Below, piece after piece: positions 1 through 9,563 of a stretch of 64,000 nt of DNA. Every line of letters begins with the position of its first letter. Positions within the stretch are counted from its first letter, which is position 1. The notes below the pieces were generated by a model, which saw nothing but the letters and a program-made list of their open reading frames with translations, did not search any database and was not told the DNA's origin. A program made the position numbers and the translations under genes. The DNA is from an uncultured Ignavibacteria bacterium (lineage in GTDB: Bacteria > Bacteroidota > Ignavibacteria > Kapaibacteriales > Kapaibacteriaceae): NCBI GenBank assembly GCA_903939735.1, contig CAJAIA010000028.1:48978-112977 (forward strand), read 5' to 3'.

Positions 1-690
1 TCCGAGAACTGAGGCGAACTCTCGCATGGTCACGGTTTGTGGTGCGACAACGTTGTATGGACCGAATGCGTTGCTATCGTCGGCGGCCCATAGGAAGGCT
101 GACACGACGTCGTCACGGTGCACCCACGGCAAGTGCTGACGTCCCGAACCCAATGGCCCACCGATTCCGAGCTTCATTGGCAACGCCATTTTTGGGAGAG
201 CCCCCTCACGTGGGTCGAGCACCATACCGATTCGCATCGTACAAACACGTGTGTAGGCACGAGCGCGCTCCGCTTCACGTTCCCAGGCAGCTGTGACCTC
301 CGCGAGAAAGGTCTGTCCAGCCGGCAACGCCTCGTTGCTCGGAATCATCGTATTGCCGTAATACCCCACCGCTGACGCGCTAATGAGCGCTGGCGGAGTG
401 CTCGCCGCTGCGATTGCATCAACAACCTTCCGTGTCGATTCCGTGCGACTCGTCAGAATCTCGTGTCGCACGCGAGCCGACCACCGCGGACCTCCCACGC
501 TCGAACCAGCGAGATTAATCACGGCCTGCGCGCCTTCGACAAGCGTCGGCAGCTCATCCCACCCACGGAGGTCAGCGCCGTTGCCTCTACCCCGTGTTAT
601 GGTCACAACCGAATCGCCGCGCTGCTGCAATGCAGCGGTAATAGCGCGCCCAAGAAAACCGGTTCCACCGGTAATGATGTATCGTTTCAT
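1..690 (-). CDS. NAD-dependent epimerase/dehydratase-like protein (TIGR01777/DUF1731-type), C-terminus cut by window start
   Basis: Own reverse-strand translation from ATG (revcomp of 688-690): MKRYIITGGTGFLGRAITAALQQRGDSVVTITRGEGNGADLVGWDELPTL...; Rossmann GxxGxxG motif; no stop before position 1, so it is absent from the supplied track. Confidence 0.6.
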   Translation of the reverse strand, partial: MKRYIITGGTGFLGRAITAALQQRGDSVVTITRGRGNGADLRGWDELPTLVEGAQAVINLAGSSVGGPRWSARVRHEILTSRTESTRKVVDAIAAASTPPALISASAVGYYGNTMIPSNEALPAGQTFLAEVTAAWEREAERARAYTRVCTMRIGMVLDPREGALPKMALPMKLGIGGPLGSGRQHLPWVHRDDVVSAFLWAADDSNAFGPYNVVAPQTVTMREFASVLG

Positions 691-772
691 GGTGGCCCTA
701 ACACAAAAGCCCGTACGATGGTTCGTACGGGCTCTGTAGGAATGTCAAATTTGACGGTCGGCGCAGGGGTAA

Positions 773-1219
773 TTACTCTTGGCCGATCACCCATACCTTG
801 AGTGGCGCGATCACATCGCTGTGAAGCTTGACCTTCACATCAAAAATGCCGAGCGTCTTGATCTGCTCGTCAATGATGATGTTACGACGGTCGATGTTAA
901 ATCCGCGCAGTTCAAGTTCTTGTGCAATCATTGGTGCAGTAACTGAACCAAAGATGCGGCCTTCTTCACCAACCTGCATAGAAACCGTGATTTGGAGCTC
1001 AGCAAGCTGTGCTGCAACCACTTCTGCCTGTTGACGAGCCTTGGCCATCTTTTGCTCGTATTGCTTCTTTTCTGATTCGAGCGCGCGCATTGCACCTGCC
1101 GACGCGAGATAGGCAAGCTGATTTGGGATCAGAAAATTGCGAGCGTAACCTGGCTTCACCGTGACGATCTCACCGATGGCGCCCAGGTTTTCAACGTCTT
1201 GACGAAGAATGATTTTCAT
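773..1219 (-). CDS. rplI: 50S ribosomal protein L9
   Basis: 148 aa; MKIILRQDVENLG...GYARNFLIP is a typical L9 N-domain; immediately downstream of rpsF. Confidence 0.93.
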   Translation of the reverse strand: MKIILRQDVENLGAIGEIVTVKPGYARNFLIPNQLAYLASAGAMRALESEKKQYEQKMAKARQQAEVVAAQLAELQITVSMQVGEEGRIFGSVTAPMIAQELELRGFNIDRRNIIIDEQIKTLGIFDVKVKLHSDVIAPLKVWVIGQE

Positions 1220-1243
1220 GGTCGTACCTGGATTCGAAGGTGA

Positions 1244-1633
1244 TTAATGAATTGGCGAACCAGTCTTGGCTGCTTCTGCCATTTGAGCGGCACGAATTGC
1301 CTGAGCTTCGGCGCGAACCTTGCGGAACTCGCGGAGCTTTGGATCAAGCTGGAGCGACAGGTGACGGATCACCGCATCCTCGAGGAAGAAGAACTTCTCG
1401 AGCATCGGCAGTGTCGCCGCTGGAGCTTCGAACGCCGTGTAGACGTAGAAGCCGTTGTACTTCTTCTTGATCGGGTACGCAAGACGGCGACGGCCCATCT
1501 TGTTTACTTCGACGAGGGTTGAGCCATTCTCTTCGAGAAAGGCGTTGACGCGTGCTGCCACGGCGTCGATCTCTGCGTCCTCAAGGGCCGCATTGATGAT
1601 GTAGGTTGTTTCGTACAGGCGACGAACACTCAT
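1244..1633 (-). CDS. rpsF: 30S ribosomal protein S6
   Basis: 129 aa; YETTYIINAALED...MGRRRLAYPIKK fits the S6 family; 24-bp gap to rplI with no rpsR between them. Confidence 0.92.
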   Translation of the reverse strand: MSVRRLYETTYIINAALEDAEIDAVAARVNAFLEENGSTLVEVNKMGRRRLAYPIKKKYNGFYVYTAFEAPAATLPMLEKFFFLEDAVIRHLSLQLDPKLREFRKVRAEAQAIRAAQMAEAAKTGSPIH

Positions 1634-1875
1634 GTGGACCTCCTATGGTTGCCTTGCGGAGCCGTCGGCGTCCAGACCAACGGCAGGGTTACAGGGATTG
1701 TAGCCGACAAACATACGGCAGGGATTCATGAATCCCAAACACTGGGTGTAGTAACCTTGGATGCGGTATGGATGGAATTCCTGTATCTTAGCAGCCCTAT
1801 CACAGGCAGTGGTAGGATCACGATCACCCGAAGGGTGAGCAGTACACTTTCTCCACTTGTTCTTCGACCAGGTTT

Positions 1876-3336
1876 ATGTCCGAACAGACCAACGACGCCG
1901 CAGAGATGCCAGAAGTTCCTCACACCAACGAGGAACCCACCCCGCAACCACCGTCCACGGAGCCTCAGCACCAGGACGCACCAGTAGCTGCTGCACCAGA
2001 AGCTGCTCCTGCGGAGGCTGCACCAGCAGCTGAAGCGGAACCGCAATTGAGTGAAGAGGAAAAGGCTGAGCAGGCTGCGAAGCGTGAAGAAGAACGCAAG
2101 CGGAAAGAAGAAGAGCGTAAGCAGCGCGATGAAGCATATGCGATGCTCGAAGGATACAAGACTGCGGGCACATCATTCGATGTTACCATCGCAGAACGTG
2201 TGAAGGGTGGATTGCGTGGCGAGTTCAACGGACTCCGCATCTTCCTGCCGGCGTCGCACTTTGGCATCCGTAAGAACGTGTCAGAAGAAGATCTTAACGG
2301 CTTGCTCGGGCAGACGATCAGCGTCAAGGTCCATGAACTCCAATCGGACGACACTGGCTACAAGTCGGCGGTTGTGACGCGTCGCGAAATCCTCCTTGAT
2401 GACTTCTGGAACGGAATCCAACAGGGCGGCGTCTACGACGGCGTCGTATCATCGGTCACACAGTTTGGTGCATTCGTAAACATCGGCGGCGTCGAAGGCT
2501 TGGTCCACGTATCACGCCTGTCGCGCTCACGCGTCGAGAATCCAGCTGATGTGGTCAAGAAGGGTGACAAGCTCAAGGTGACGGTTTCGGAAATCGACCG
2601 CGAGAAGCGCAAGCTTTCGCTGTCGCACAAGGAACACGAGGAAGACCCATGGAAGGGTGCCACCGAGAAGTTCACTGTCGGCACGAAGCTCAAGGGCACG
2701 GTTCGCCGTATCACAGACTTTGGCGCATATGTTCAAGTAGCACCGAAGATCGAAGGTCTCCTTCGTATCAGCGAGCTGAGCTGGACTCGCCGCATCAAGC
2801 ACCCATCAGAGATCATTAACGTCGGTCAAGAGATCGATGTGGTCATCCTCTCGACAAATGAAGAAAAGCATCAGCTTGCGCTTGGATACAAGCAGACGCT
2901 TGAAAATCCATGGCTAACACTCCCTACGACGCTCCCTATCGGCTCTGAGACGCAGGGCGTTGTGCAGAACGTTAGCACACAGGGCGCTGTTGTGCGTGTT
3001 GCAGATGCATTCGATGGCTTCATGCCACGCTCGAAGATTCTCAATGCTGGTCGCGGACAGAAGGTTCAGCTGAATGCTGGCGACGCAATTACGTGCGTGA
3101 TCGTGGACTGTACACCGGAGAATGCGTCGTTGATCTTGGCCATGAAGGGCGAGGACGGCAGCATCGGCGGTCAGCAGCAGGACGACACACGTCACGAACA
3201 CTCAGATCGCGGCGATCGTGGCGAACGCCGTGAGCGTGGTGATCGTGGTGATCGCGGTCCATCGGTCAACATCCCATCCTCCCCTGCAGTCACCCTCGGC
3301 GACATGCTCAAGGATGCGTCGATTTTGAAGCAGTAA
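1876..3336 (+). CDS. S1 RNA-binding domain protein (4 S1 repeats; ribosomal protein S1-like) with low-complexity termini
   Basis: Four ~75-aa S1 repeats (e.g. GGVYDGVVSSVTQFGAFVNIGGVEGLVHVSRLS...KKGDKLKVTVSEID); N-terminal Pro/Ala/Glu-rich tract plus KEEERKRKEEERKQRDE; C-terminal RGD/RGE repeats DRGDRGERRERGDRGDRG. Confidence 0.8.
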   Translation: MSEQTNDAAEMPEVPHTNEEPTPQPPSTEPQHQDAPVAAAPEAAPAEAAPAAEAEPQLSEEEKAEQAAKREEERKRKEEERKQRDEAYAMLEGYKTAGTSFDVTIAERVKGGLRGEFNGLRIFLPASHFGIRKNVSEEDLNGLLGQTISVKVHELQSDDTGYKSAVVTRREILLDDFWNGIQQGGVYDGVVSSVTQFGAFVNIGGVEGLVHVSRLSRSRVENPADVVKKGDKLKVTVSEIDREKRKLSLSHKEHEEDPWKGATEKFTVGTKLKGTVRRITDFGAYVQVAPKIEGLLRISELSWTRRIKHPSEIINVGQEIDVVILSTNEEKHQLALGYKQTLENPWLTLPTTLPIGSETQGVVQNVSTQGAVVRVADAFDGFMPRSKILNAGRGQKVQLNAGDAITCVIVDCTPENASLILAMKGEDGSIGGQQQDDTRHEHSDRGDRGERRERGDRGDRGPSVNIPSSPAVTLGDMLKDASILKQ

Positions 3337-3362
3337 CTTCTCCCGTACACGTGAATCATTCC

Positions 3363-3400
3363 GAAGCCGTCGTGACCAGTCATGACGGCTTCTGTATTTT
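3363..3400 (+). terminator. Rho-independent terminator after the S1-domain gene
   Basis: GAAGCCGTC-gtgaccagtcat-GACGGCTTC stem-loop followed by TGTATTTTT. Confidence 0.6.
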
Positions 3401-3410
3401 TCGGTCACCC

Positions 3411-4181
3411 ATGATACGTTGCTTCCCCTCTGCTTCGCTGGCTCTCACTGCGCTCTTCATCTGCATCGCAGGCGCACACATGTGTGCGCAACCTGTGACG
3501 AAGAATGGGGCGATGATGCCGCGTGTGTTATCGCCTTCGGAATTCCTGATGGCCGACTCAACCTTCGATGACTCGCGGATTGCGATCCCAGGTGAGATCC
3601 GAACTCGATCAACTGCCGAGCAAGACTCTGCCTATTCGGCAGCGATGTCACTCAAGGTGCCAGCCGCACGGCGCTTTGCCGCGTCCCTTCAAGAAACCTC
3701 GTCCTACTTGCGCTATCGCGCCGAACTCGATCGACGGCCATCAATCTGGGAACAGATCCGCACAACGATGGACATTCCGGCTGCGATTCTCCAGCCAACA
3801 CCGCAAGAACGTACGCAGTACCAGCTCACGATCGCCAATGCGATGTATGTGCCAGGCGTACTTCTCTACCCAATGGGCACAGGTAATGCAATGGTGAGCT
3901 TCGGTGATATTGCGAAGCTCTTCGGTATTGCCGAAGACGTAAGCCCAGTGATTCGCTATGTGGTTGATGAGACTATTGAAGTTGAGATCGTCATTTACTC
4001 AACACAGGCGATTGCTATCAGTCAGCCGTTTCGCGGAATCCAAGCACCAGGGGCATACACACTTACATGGGATGGTCGTGATGCCAATGGCAAGACGTCC
4101 GTCGAGGGTGAGTACATCGCAGAGGTGCGCCTTGGCGATCAACGCATTATGCGAAAACGTATCTCCTGGAAGGGCCGATAA
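3411..4181 (+). CDS. secreted hypothetical protein with T9SS-type C-terminal sorting domain (FlgD-Ig-like)
   Basis: Signal peptide MIRCFPSASLALTALFICIAGAHMCAQ (internal Met of the 3351 ORF; upstream part overlaps the terminator); C-terminus ...EVEIVIYSTQAIAISQPFRGIQAPGAYTLTWDGRDANGKTSVEGEYIAEVRLGD matches the Por_Secre_tail pattern; stop overlaps the next start (TAATG). Confidence 0.6.
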   Translation: MIRCFPSASLALTALFICIAGAHMCAQPVTKNGAMMPRVLSPSEFLMADSTFDDSRIAIPGEIRTRSTAEQDSAYSAAMSLKVPAARRFAASLQETSSYLRYRAELDRRPSIWEQIRTTMDIPAAILQPTPQERTQYQLTIANAMYVPGVLLYPMGTGNAMVSFGDIAKLFGIAEDVSPVIRYVVDETIEVEIVIYSTQAIAISQPFRGIQAPGAYTLTWDGRDANGKTSVEGEYIAEVRLGDQRIMRKRISWKGR

Positions 4182-7057
4182 TGCGACAGATCTGGGGTAT
4201 GGCATTGGTTCTGTTGAGCGCAGTGCTCGTGCAGACCAGCTCGGCAGAAGTTGAATCGCATACGGTGATTGTCACGTGGAAGGCCACATCGCCGTCACTT
4301 GATAACTGGCTCCAGAACGGTCGTAGCGGCGAGATTGCATCGTTCATTCCGATTATCGGTCCGCACACATCGCACGGATTCGTTTCGAATGCAACAATCA
4401 CATCAGTCGAAGCGGCGTATGAGCGACGCAATCAGCTGCGAATCAATCGCACGACGCTACCTGTGGCACGTATTGCGGTGCTTCGATTCGCGCGATCTAT
4501 CGATCCTACCCTCGTGGCACGTAAGCTCGCGACGCATCCAGACGTGGAGTATGCAGAGCCCCTTCCCGTCCACCGCATTGTCGACACTCCTAACGACCCC
4601 GACATCAGCCGACAGTATCATCACGCGTTGATACAGAGTTTTGAAGCGTGGTCATTGCTTCCGCCCGATTCAATCATCGTTGTTGGCGTCATCGATACTG
4701 GCATCGACACAACACATGTTGATCTCGGTGCAAATACGTGGCGCAACCTCGGCGAAATGGGTCTTGACGGCAATGGCGTTGATCGTCGCACGAACGGCAT
4801 CGACGACGATGGCAATGGATTTGTCGACGATTTCTTTGGGTGGGACTTTGTTGGGACGGATGGACAAGGGCCAGACAACTCACCCATTCCGGGCAACAGC
4901 CACGGCACACACGTCGGCGGCATTATCGCTGAGATTGCCAACAATGGCATTGGCGGCGCGGGTGTGGCAACGAACGTTCGTGTGATGCCGATCAAGATTG
5001 GGCGTGACGACCCACAATCAACAACGGTGGCGAACTCAGCCGACGGCATCCTCTATGCTGCATCGATGGGTGCTTCCGTCATCAACTGTTCGTTCGGCAG
5101 CGGATCTTCCTCGAATGCTGATCGAGCAATCATCAAACAAGCGCTTGACCTCGGAGCACTTGTGGTTGCTGCAGCCGGTAACGAGGGCTCATCAATGGCC
5201 TTCTTCCCGGCAGCCTATCCTGAGGTACTGTCGGTTGCTGCCACGGGTGAACGCGACAAGCTTGCGTACTTCTCAAACACACATAGCTCGGTGGATGTCT
5301 GCGCACCAGGAGTCGCTATCTATTCGACGATTCCCGGCGACATGTACGACTTCTTCGACGGCACGTCGATGGCCTCGCCTGTCGCAGCAGCGGTAGCAGC
5401 AATGGTTCGCCTGCGCTATCCTTCGCTAACACCTACACAGGTGCATGCGGCTATGAAGGTTGGATGCGACAATATCGATAGTGCCAATGTTGTGTTCGTC
5501 GGACAGTTTGGCGTCGGACGTGTCAATGCGTTGCGTTCACTTCAGCAATCCAATCCACGTTGGGCCACGATTTCTTCCTGGGAAGTTGTCGACCGTGATG
5601 GCAATGGCTTCATTCAACCGCGCGATGAATGCAAGATTTCTGTGACCATCACCAACGAACTCTCGTCACTGACGAACTGCGCTGTCAAGCTGATCCCGGC
5701 TCCAGCAACCTTCGCTCCCATCCTGGTGGTCGACTCGGTGTTTGTCGGAACGGTTGAAGAGGGACAGGAACTCACACTCGTCGATGCATTCGTCACAATC
5801 ATACCCGACGACGTCACATACGATGGCGAGTTGCGCTTGCTGGCATTGATCTACGACGGCGACACGATCGTGAGTCGTCAATTGATCACATCAACGGTAA
5901 ATCCGTCATATCGCACGATCGCGGCGAACAACATATCAACGACGATCAACTCGATCGGCAACATCGGCTTCAACGACTATCCGTCGAACACACAAGGCGT
6001 CGGCTTCAAGCACAACAGCAGTGAGAACACGCTGTTTGAAGGGGCGCTCATGATCGGCACACAGCCTCGCGATCTGCCGAATGTCGCTCGCGGAGCAACG
6101 ACGGAAACAAAGGACATGCTGTTTGGCATTCGGAGCGTCGCAGACATTCGCAGCGACAGTATGCCAGCAGGACAACGGGTTCGGACAGCGTTTTCGGATA
6201 GCGTTGATCCCTTCCCGGTTGGTGTCGACGTAACGAAAAACGTCTACGCTCTCACAGCTGATTCAGTGCGCGATGCAATCATCATCGCACTCGATGTGCG
6301 CAATCGTGTTGATACGGCGATCAACGATGTTTACGTAAGCTACTTTTTCGATTTCGACATTGGACCGATGGGTGCAAACAATGGATGCGCCTACGATACG
6401 CGCACCGGCATAGGCCTGCTCCAGAACGTCAATGAATCATCGCTCCCCTCGATCGGCGTGTCGATGATCTCGCCGCTTCCAGTGAACTTTTACGCGGTCG
6501 ACAATGAGGGAGATGCCGCGTCACCGAGCATCTACGATAACTTCCTTCGCGCTGAAAAGTGGCTCATGATGTCGGGTGGCGTTCGCCGTGCGAACTCTCG
6601 CATCACAGACGTCTCGGCAGTCATCGGGGCTGGTCCATTTAGTCTTGCACCTGGTCAGACACAGCAAGTGTGCTTCGTGTTGAGTGCCGGCTCGAACTAC
6701 GACGACGTCTCGGCCTCCACACTGTCAGCCCGTCGGGCTGCGCGCGATATGGGCCTTCATGCGACGGAGCACATTATTGCGCCATCGCAGGACCGTATTC
6801 TACATGTCGACAAGTTGCCTGTTGTGAGTCCGGGCGCAACGACTGTCGTCTTCTCCATTGCCGCACCATCACCAGTCCAGATCGATATCGTCGATCTTAT
6901 GGGGCGATCACTAGCAACCGTCGTTGACGAATTGAATGTTGCTGCTGGTTCACACACGCGAAGCATTCAGATTCCATCGGTAGCCTCTGGCACCTACTTC
7001 TTCCGCATGACGACATATCGCGGAAGCAATGCGCTCGTCTTTGGCATTGGCCGTTAA
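4181..7057 (+). CDS. subtilisin-like serine protease (peptidase S8) with T9SS C-terminal sorting domain
   Basis: S8 catalytic motifs (VGVIDTGID; NSHGTHVGGIIA; GTSMASPVAAAVAAM); signal peptide; C-terminus ...PVQIDIVDLMGRSLATVVDE...ASGTYFFRMTTYRGSNALVFGIGR is CTD-like. Confidence 0.9.
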   Translation: MRQIWGMALVLLSAVLVQTSSAEVESHTVIVTWKATSPSLDNWLQNGRSGEIASFIPIIGPHTSHGFVSNATITSVEAAYERRNQLRINRTTLPVARIAVLRFARSIDPTLVARKLATHPDVEYAEPLPVHRIVDTPNDPDISRQYHHALIQSFEAWSLLPPDSIIVVGVIDTGIDTTHVDLGANTWRNLGEMGLDGNGVDRRTNGIDDDGNGFVDDFFGWDFVGTDGQGPDNSPIPGNSHGTHVGGIIAEIANNGIGGAGVATNVRVMPIKIGRDDPQSTTVANSADGILYAASMGASVINCSFGSGSSSNADRAIIKQALDLGALVVAAAGNEGSSMAFFPAAYPEVLSVAATGERDKLAYFSNTHSSVDVCAPGVAIYSTIPGDMYDFFDGTSMASPVAAAVAAMVRLRYPSLTPTQVHAAMKVGCDNIDSANVVFVGQFGVGRVNALRSLQQSNPRWATISSWEVVDRDGNGFIQPRDECKISVTITNELSSLTNCAVKLIPAPATFAPILVVDSVFVGTVEEGQELTLVDAFVTIIPDDVTYDGELRLLALIYDGDTIVSRQLITSTVNPSYRTIAANNISTTINSIGNIGFNDYPSNTQGVGFKHNSSENTLFEGALMIGTQPRDLPNVARGATTETKDMLFGIRSVADIRSDSMPAGQRVRTAFSDSVDPFPVGVDVTKNVYALTADSVRDAIIIALDVRNRVDTAINDVYVSYFFDFDIGPMGANNGCAYDTRTGIGLLQNVNESSLPSIGVSMISPLPVNFYAVDNEGDAASPSIYDNFLRAEKWLMMSGGVRRANSRITDVSAVIGAGPFSLAPGQTQQVCFVLSAGSNYDDVSASTLSARRAARDMGLHATEHIIAPSQDRILHVDKLPVVSPGATTVVFSIAAPSPVQIDIVDLMGRSLATVVDELNVAAGSHTRSIQIPSVASGTYFFRMTTYRGSNALVFGIGR

Positions 7058-8466
7058 CGCCTGCGGAGAACTCCGACCGCCTCGACGTGATAGGTCTGCG
7101 GGAACATATCCACCGGCGTCACTTCCACTACATCGTAGAGCTCAGCAAGAATTGCACAGTCACGAGCCATTGTTGCCGGATTGCAGCTTACGTAGATGAG
7201 ACGTTCGGGAGCGACCGCAAGAATGTGGCGCACAACCTGCTCGTGCATGCCGTTTCGAGGTGGATCAATCAAGATCACATCAGGCTGCGGGAGCGATCGC
7301 AATACATCCATAGCCGACGGGACGTGAAGATCGACCGTATGGAATGCGACGTTGTTAATGGAATTTCGTTCCGCATTCGCACGTGCATCAGCGATTGAGC
7401 TTTCAGAGAGTTCAGCGCCAATGACATGCTTGGCACGCTGGGCTGCAGGGAGCGTGAGTGTGCCCGTGCCGCAGTAGAGATCCCACACCACATCTGTTGG
7501 ACGTAGGTCTGCACGGTCAAGAGCACGAGTAATCAGGTTCGGCAGGTGGAGCGTATTGGTCTGGAAAAACGAGAACGGTGAAATTCGGTACGTGATACCA
7601 AGCGAGGTTTCATCGAGATAGCCCGGGCCAACCACCTTCGTGATCTGTCCGACAGCCACAGGTGACCACGTATCGTTGATCGCATGGATCATCGATGATC
7701 CATGCGGCAGCGTCGGCGCCAATGCGAACCATTGTTGAAGGAAGTCCTCCTCGTGCTCCTGCGTGGGAGTGGTAGTTATCAGCACCGTCATCACCGATCC
7801 GGTTGCAACACTTGTTCGAACCACAAGATGACGGGCAAAGCCGTCGTGATGCCGCTGATGATAGGCCTGAATCCCTGTCTGCTCCGAACATGCATGTGTA
7901 TGAGCAAGCACACGGTTTGCAACGTCCTGTTGCAGCATGCACGTGGAGATATGACGCACTTTATCGAATCGTCCCGGCACATGGAGTCCGAGCGCGAAGG
8001 ACGTACCAAACTCGACACCCGAATCGATCTCTTCACGTGTGAGCCATGCAGAGCCCCCGAACGAGAACTCCATTTTGTTGCGATACGCATAGATCTCCGG
8101 CGAGGAGAGCGTAGGATGCACAACTCCAACAGGTATCTGTCCAAGGCGCTCAAAGGAGTCAACAACGTGTTGGCGTTTCCATCGCGCTTGTTCTTCATAC
8201 GCGAGGTGCTGCCATTTACATCCTCCACACACACCAAAGTGCGGGCATGGCGGTGTGCGACGGTCAGGAGATGCAGTTAGCACCTCGATCACCTCAGCCT
8301 GCTTGAAACGCTTCTTCGTTCCCGTGATACGCGCGCGGACGCGCTCGCCTGGCAACGCACCCGCGACGAAGTGAACGAGTCCGTCGAGACGTCCAATGGC
8401 AATGCCTTCGAACCCGATGGCATCAATGTCTATCTCAATTTCTTGTTGTGGGCGCTGACTACGCAT
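7054..8466 (-). CDS. rlmD: 23S rRNA (uracil-5-)-methyltransferase RlmD/RumA
   Basis: TRAM domain; Cys cluster CPHFGVCGGCKWQH; FFQTN; SAM-MTase motifs DLYCGTGTLTLP and C-terminal catalytic Cys region. Confidence 0.9.
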   Translation of the reverse strand: MRSQRPQQEIEIDIDAIGFEGIAIGRLDGLVHFVAGALPGERVRARITGTKKRFKQAEVIEVLTASPDRRTPPCPHFGVCGGCKWQHLAYEEQARWKRQHVVDSFERLGQIPVGVVHPTLSSPEIYAYRNKMEFSFGGSAWLTREEIDSGVEFGTSFALGLHVPGRFDKVRHISTCMLQQDVANRVLAHTHACSEQTGIQAYHQRHHDGFARHLVVRTSVATGSVMTVLITTTPTQEHEEDFLQQWFALAPTLPHGSSMIHAINDTWSPVAVGQITKVVGPGYLDETSLGITYRISPFSFFQTNTLHLPNLITRALDRADLRPTDVVWDLYCGTGTLTLPAAQRAKHVIGAELSESSIADARANAERNSINNVAFHTVDLHVPSAMDVLRSLPQPDVILIDPPRNGMHEQVVRHILAVAPERLIYVSCNPATMARDCAILAELYDVVEVTPVDMFPQTYHVEAVGVLRRR

Positions 8467-8528
8467 GCATGTTTACGTGGTATGTTTGAGCTGCAAAGCT
8501 AACCCCGACTTTCCACTTCGCGGCACGC

Positions 8529-9563
8529 ATGATCGATATTCGGCACTTCCACGACGGCGCTATGCATCAATGTTCGCTTGATGAGTTGCGCCAGCTCCCT
8601 GTTGGAAGCATTCCCGACGGTGGGATGGTGTGGATTAATATGTCCGCGCCGACAGCCGACGAAGAACGCCAGATTCTCAGTGAGTGGTTTCCTGTGCACG
8701 AGTTGGTGATGTCCGATGCGCATCGTGCGCTCGGCACCCACGAAGACGATGATGCACAGCTTCACCATCCCAAAGTCGATGATTTTGGCACATACCTGTT
8801 CGTCATCATGCATGCGCTGGTGCATCGGCGGAGTAGCGAGGGCGACTCAGCGGTTGTCACGCTCCGTAACCTCGGCGAGTCACAGCTGAACATTATCCTT
8901 GGTGAACGGATTCTGGTCACCCATCATGCGGGAGATATCAAGGCTGTTCCTGCATTGATGCTAGCTTGTGACCGAAACCCGTTGCTTCTCTCGCATGGAC
9001 CCGACTTCCTGCTCCATCTGCTGCTTGACGATTTGATTGACGCCTACATCCCGCTCGTGGAGCTCTTTGAGGATCGCGTCGAAGAACTCGAACACGCGAT
9101 CTTCCGACGTCCAAGCAACACCACACTAATCCACATCCTGGAACTGAAGAAGCTGCTCCAACGTATCCGAAAGGATGTTGTGTACCAGCGCGAAATCGTC
9201 AACCGGCTGGCGCGTGGCGAGTTCGCAATCATCTCACAACACGAGACGATGTACTACCGCAATGTCTATGACCATCTGGTTCGCATCGCCGATCAGATTG
9301 AAAGCAGCCGCGAACTCACGCTGTCGATCATGGAAGCATATTTCTCTGTCAGCTCTGTTCGACTGAATGAAGTGATGAAGGTCCTGACTGTGATCAGCAC
9401 GATCTTTCTGCCAATTACCTTCATCACGAGCTTCTATGGCATGAACTTCCATCACATGCCAGAACTCAACTGGTGGTGGTCATATCCTACAGTGATTGGC
9501 ATCATCATCGTGATCTCCGCTTCAATGTACTTCATGTTTCGTCGACGAGGTTGGCTTGACTAG
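8529..9563 (+). CDS. corA: magnesium/cobalt transporter CorA
   Basis: 344 aa; two C-terminal TM helices with the YGMNF (GMN) signature. Confidence 0.9.
   Translation: MIDIRHFHDGAMHQCSLDELRQLPVGSIPDGGMVWINMSAPTADEERQILSEWFPVHELVMSDAHRALGTHEDDDAQLHHPKVDDFGTYLFVIMHALVHRRSSEGDSAVVTLRNLGESQLNIILGERILVTHHAGDIKAVPALMLACDRNPLLLSHGPDFLLHLLLDDLIDAYIPLVELFEDRVEELEHAIFRRPSNTTLIHILELKKLLQRIRKDVVYQREIVNRLARGEFAIISQHETMYYRNVYDHLVRIADQIESSRELTLSIMEAYFSVSSVRLNEVMKVLTVISTIFLPITFITSFYGMNFHHMPELNWWWSYPTVIGIIIVISASMYFMFRRRGWLD

Noticed and set aside
7702-8280. 192-aa plus-strand ORF and 7791-8237 minus ORF
   Set aside because: Both lie within or alternative-frame to rlmD. No motifs; GC-driven open frames.
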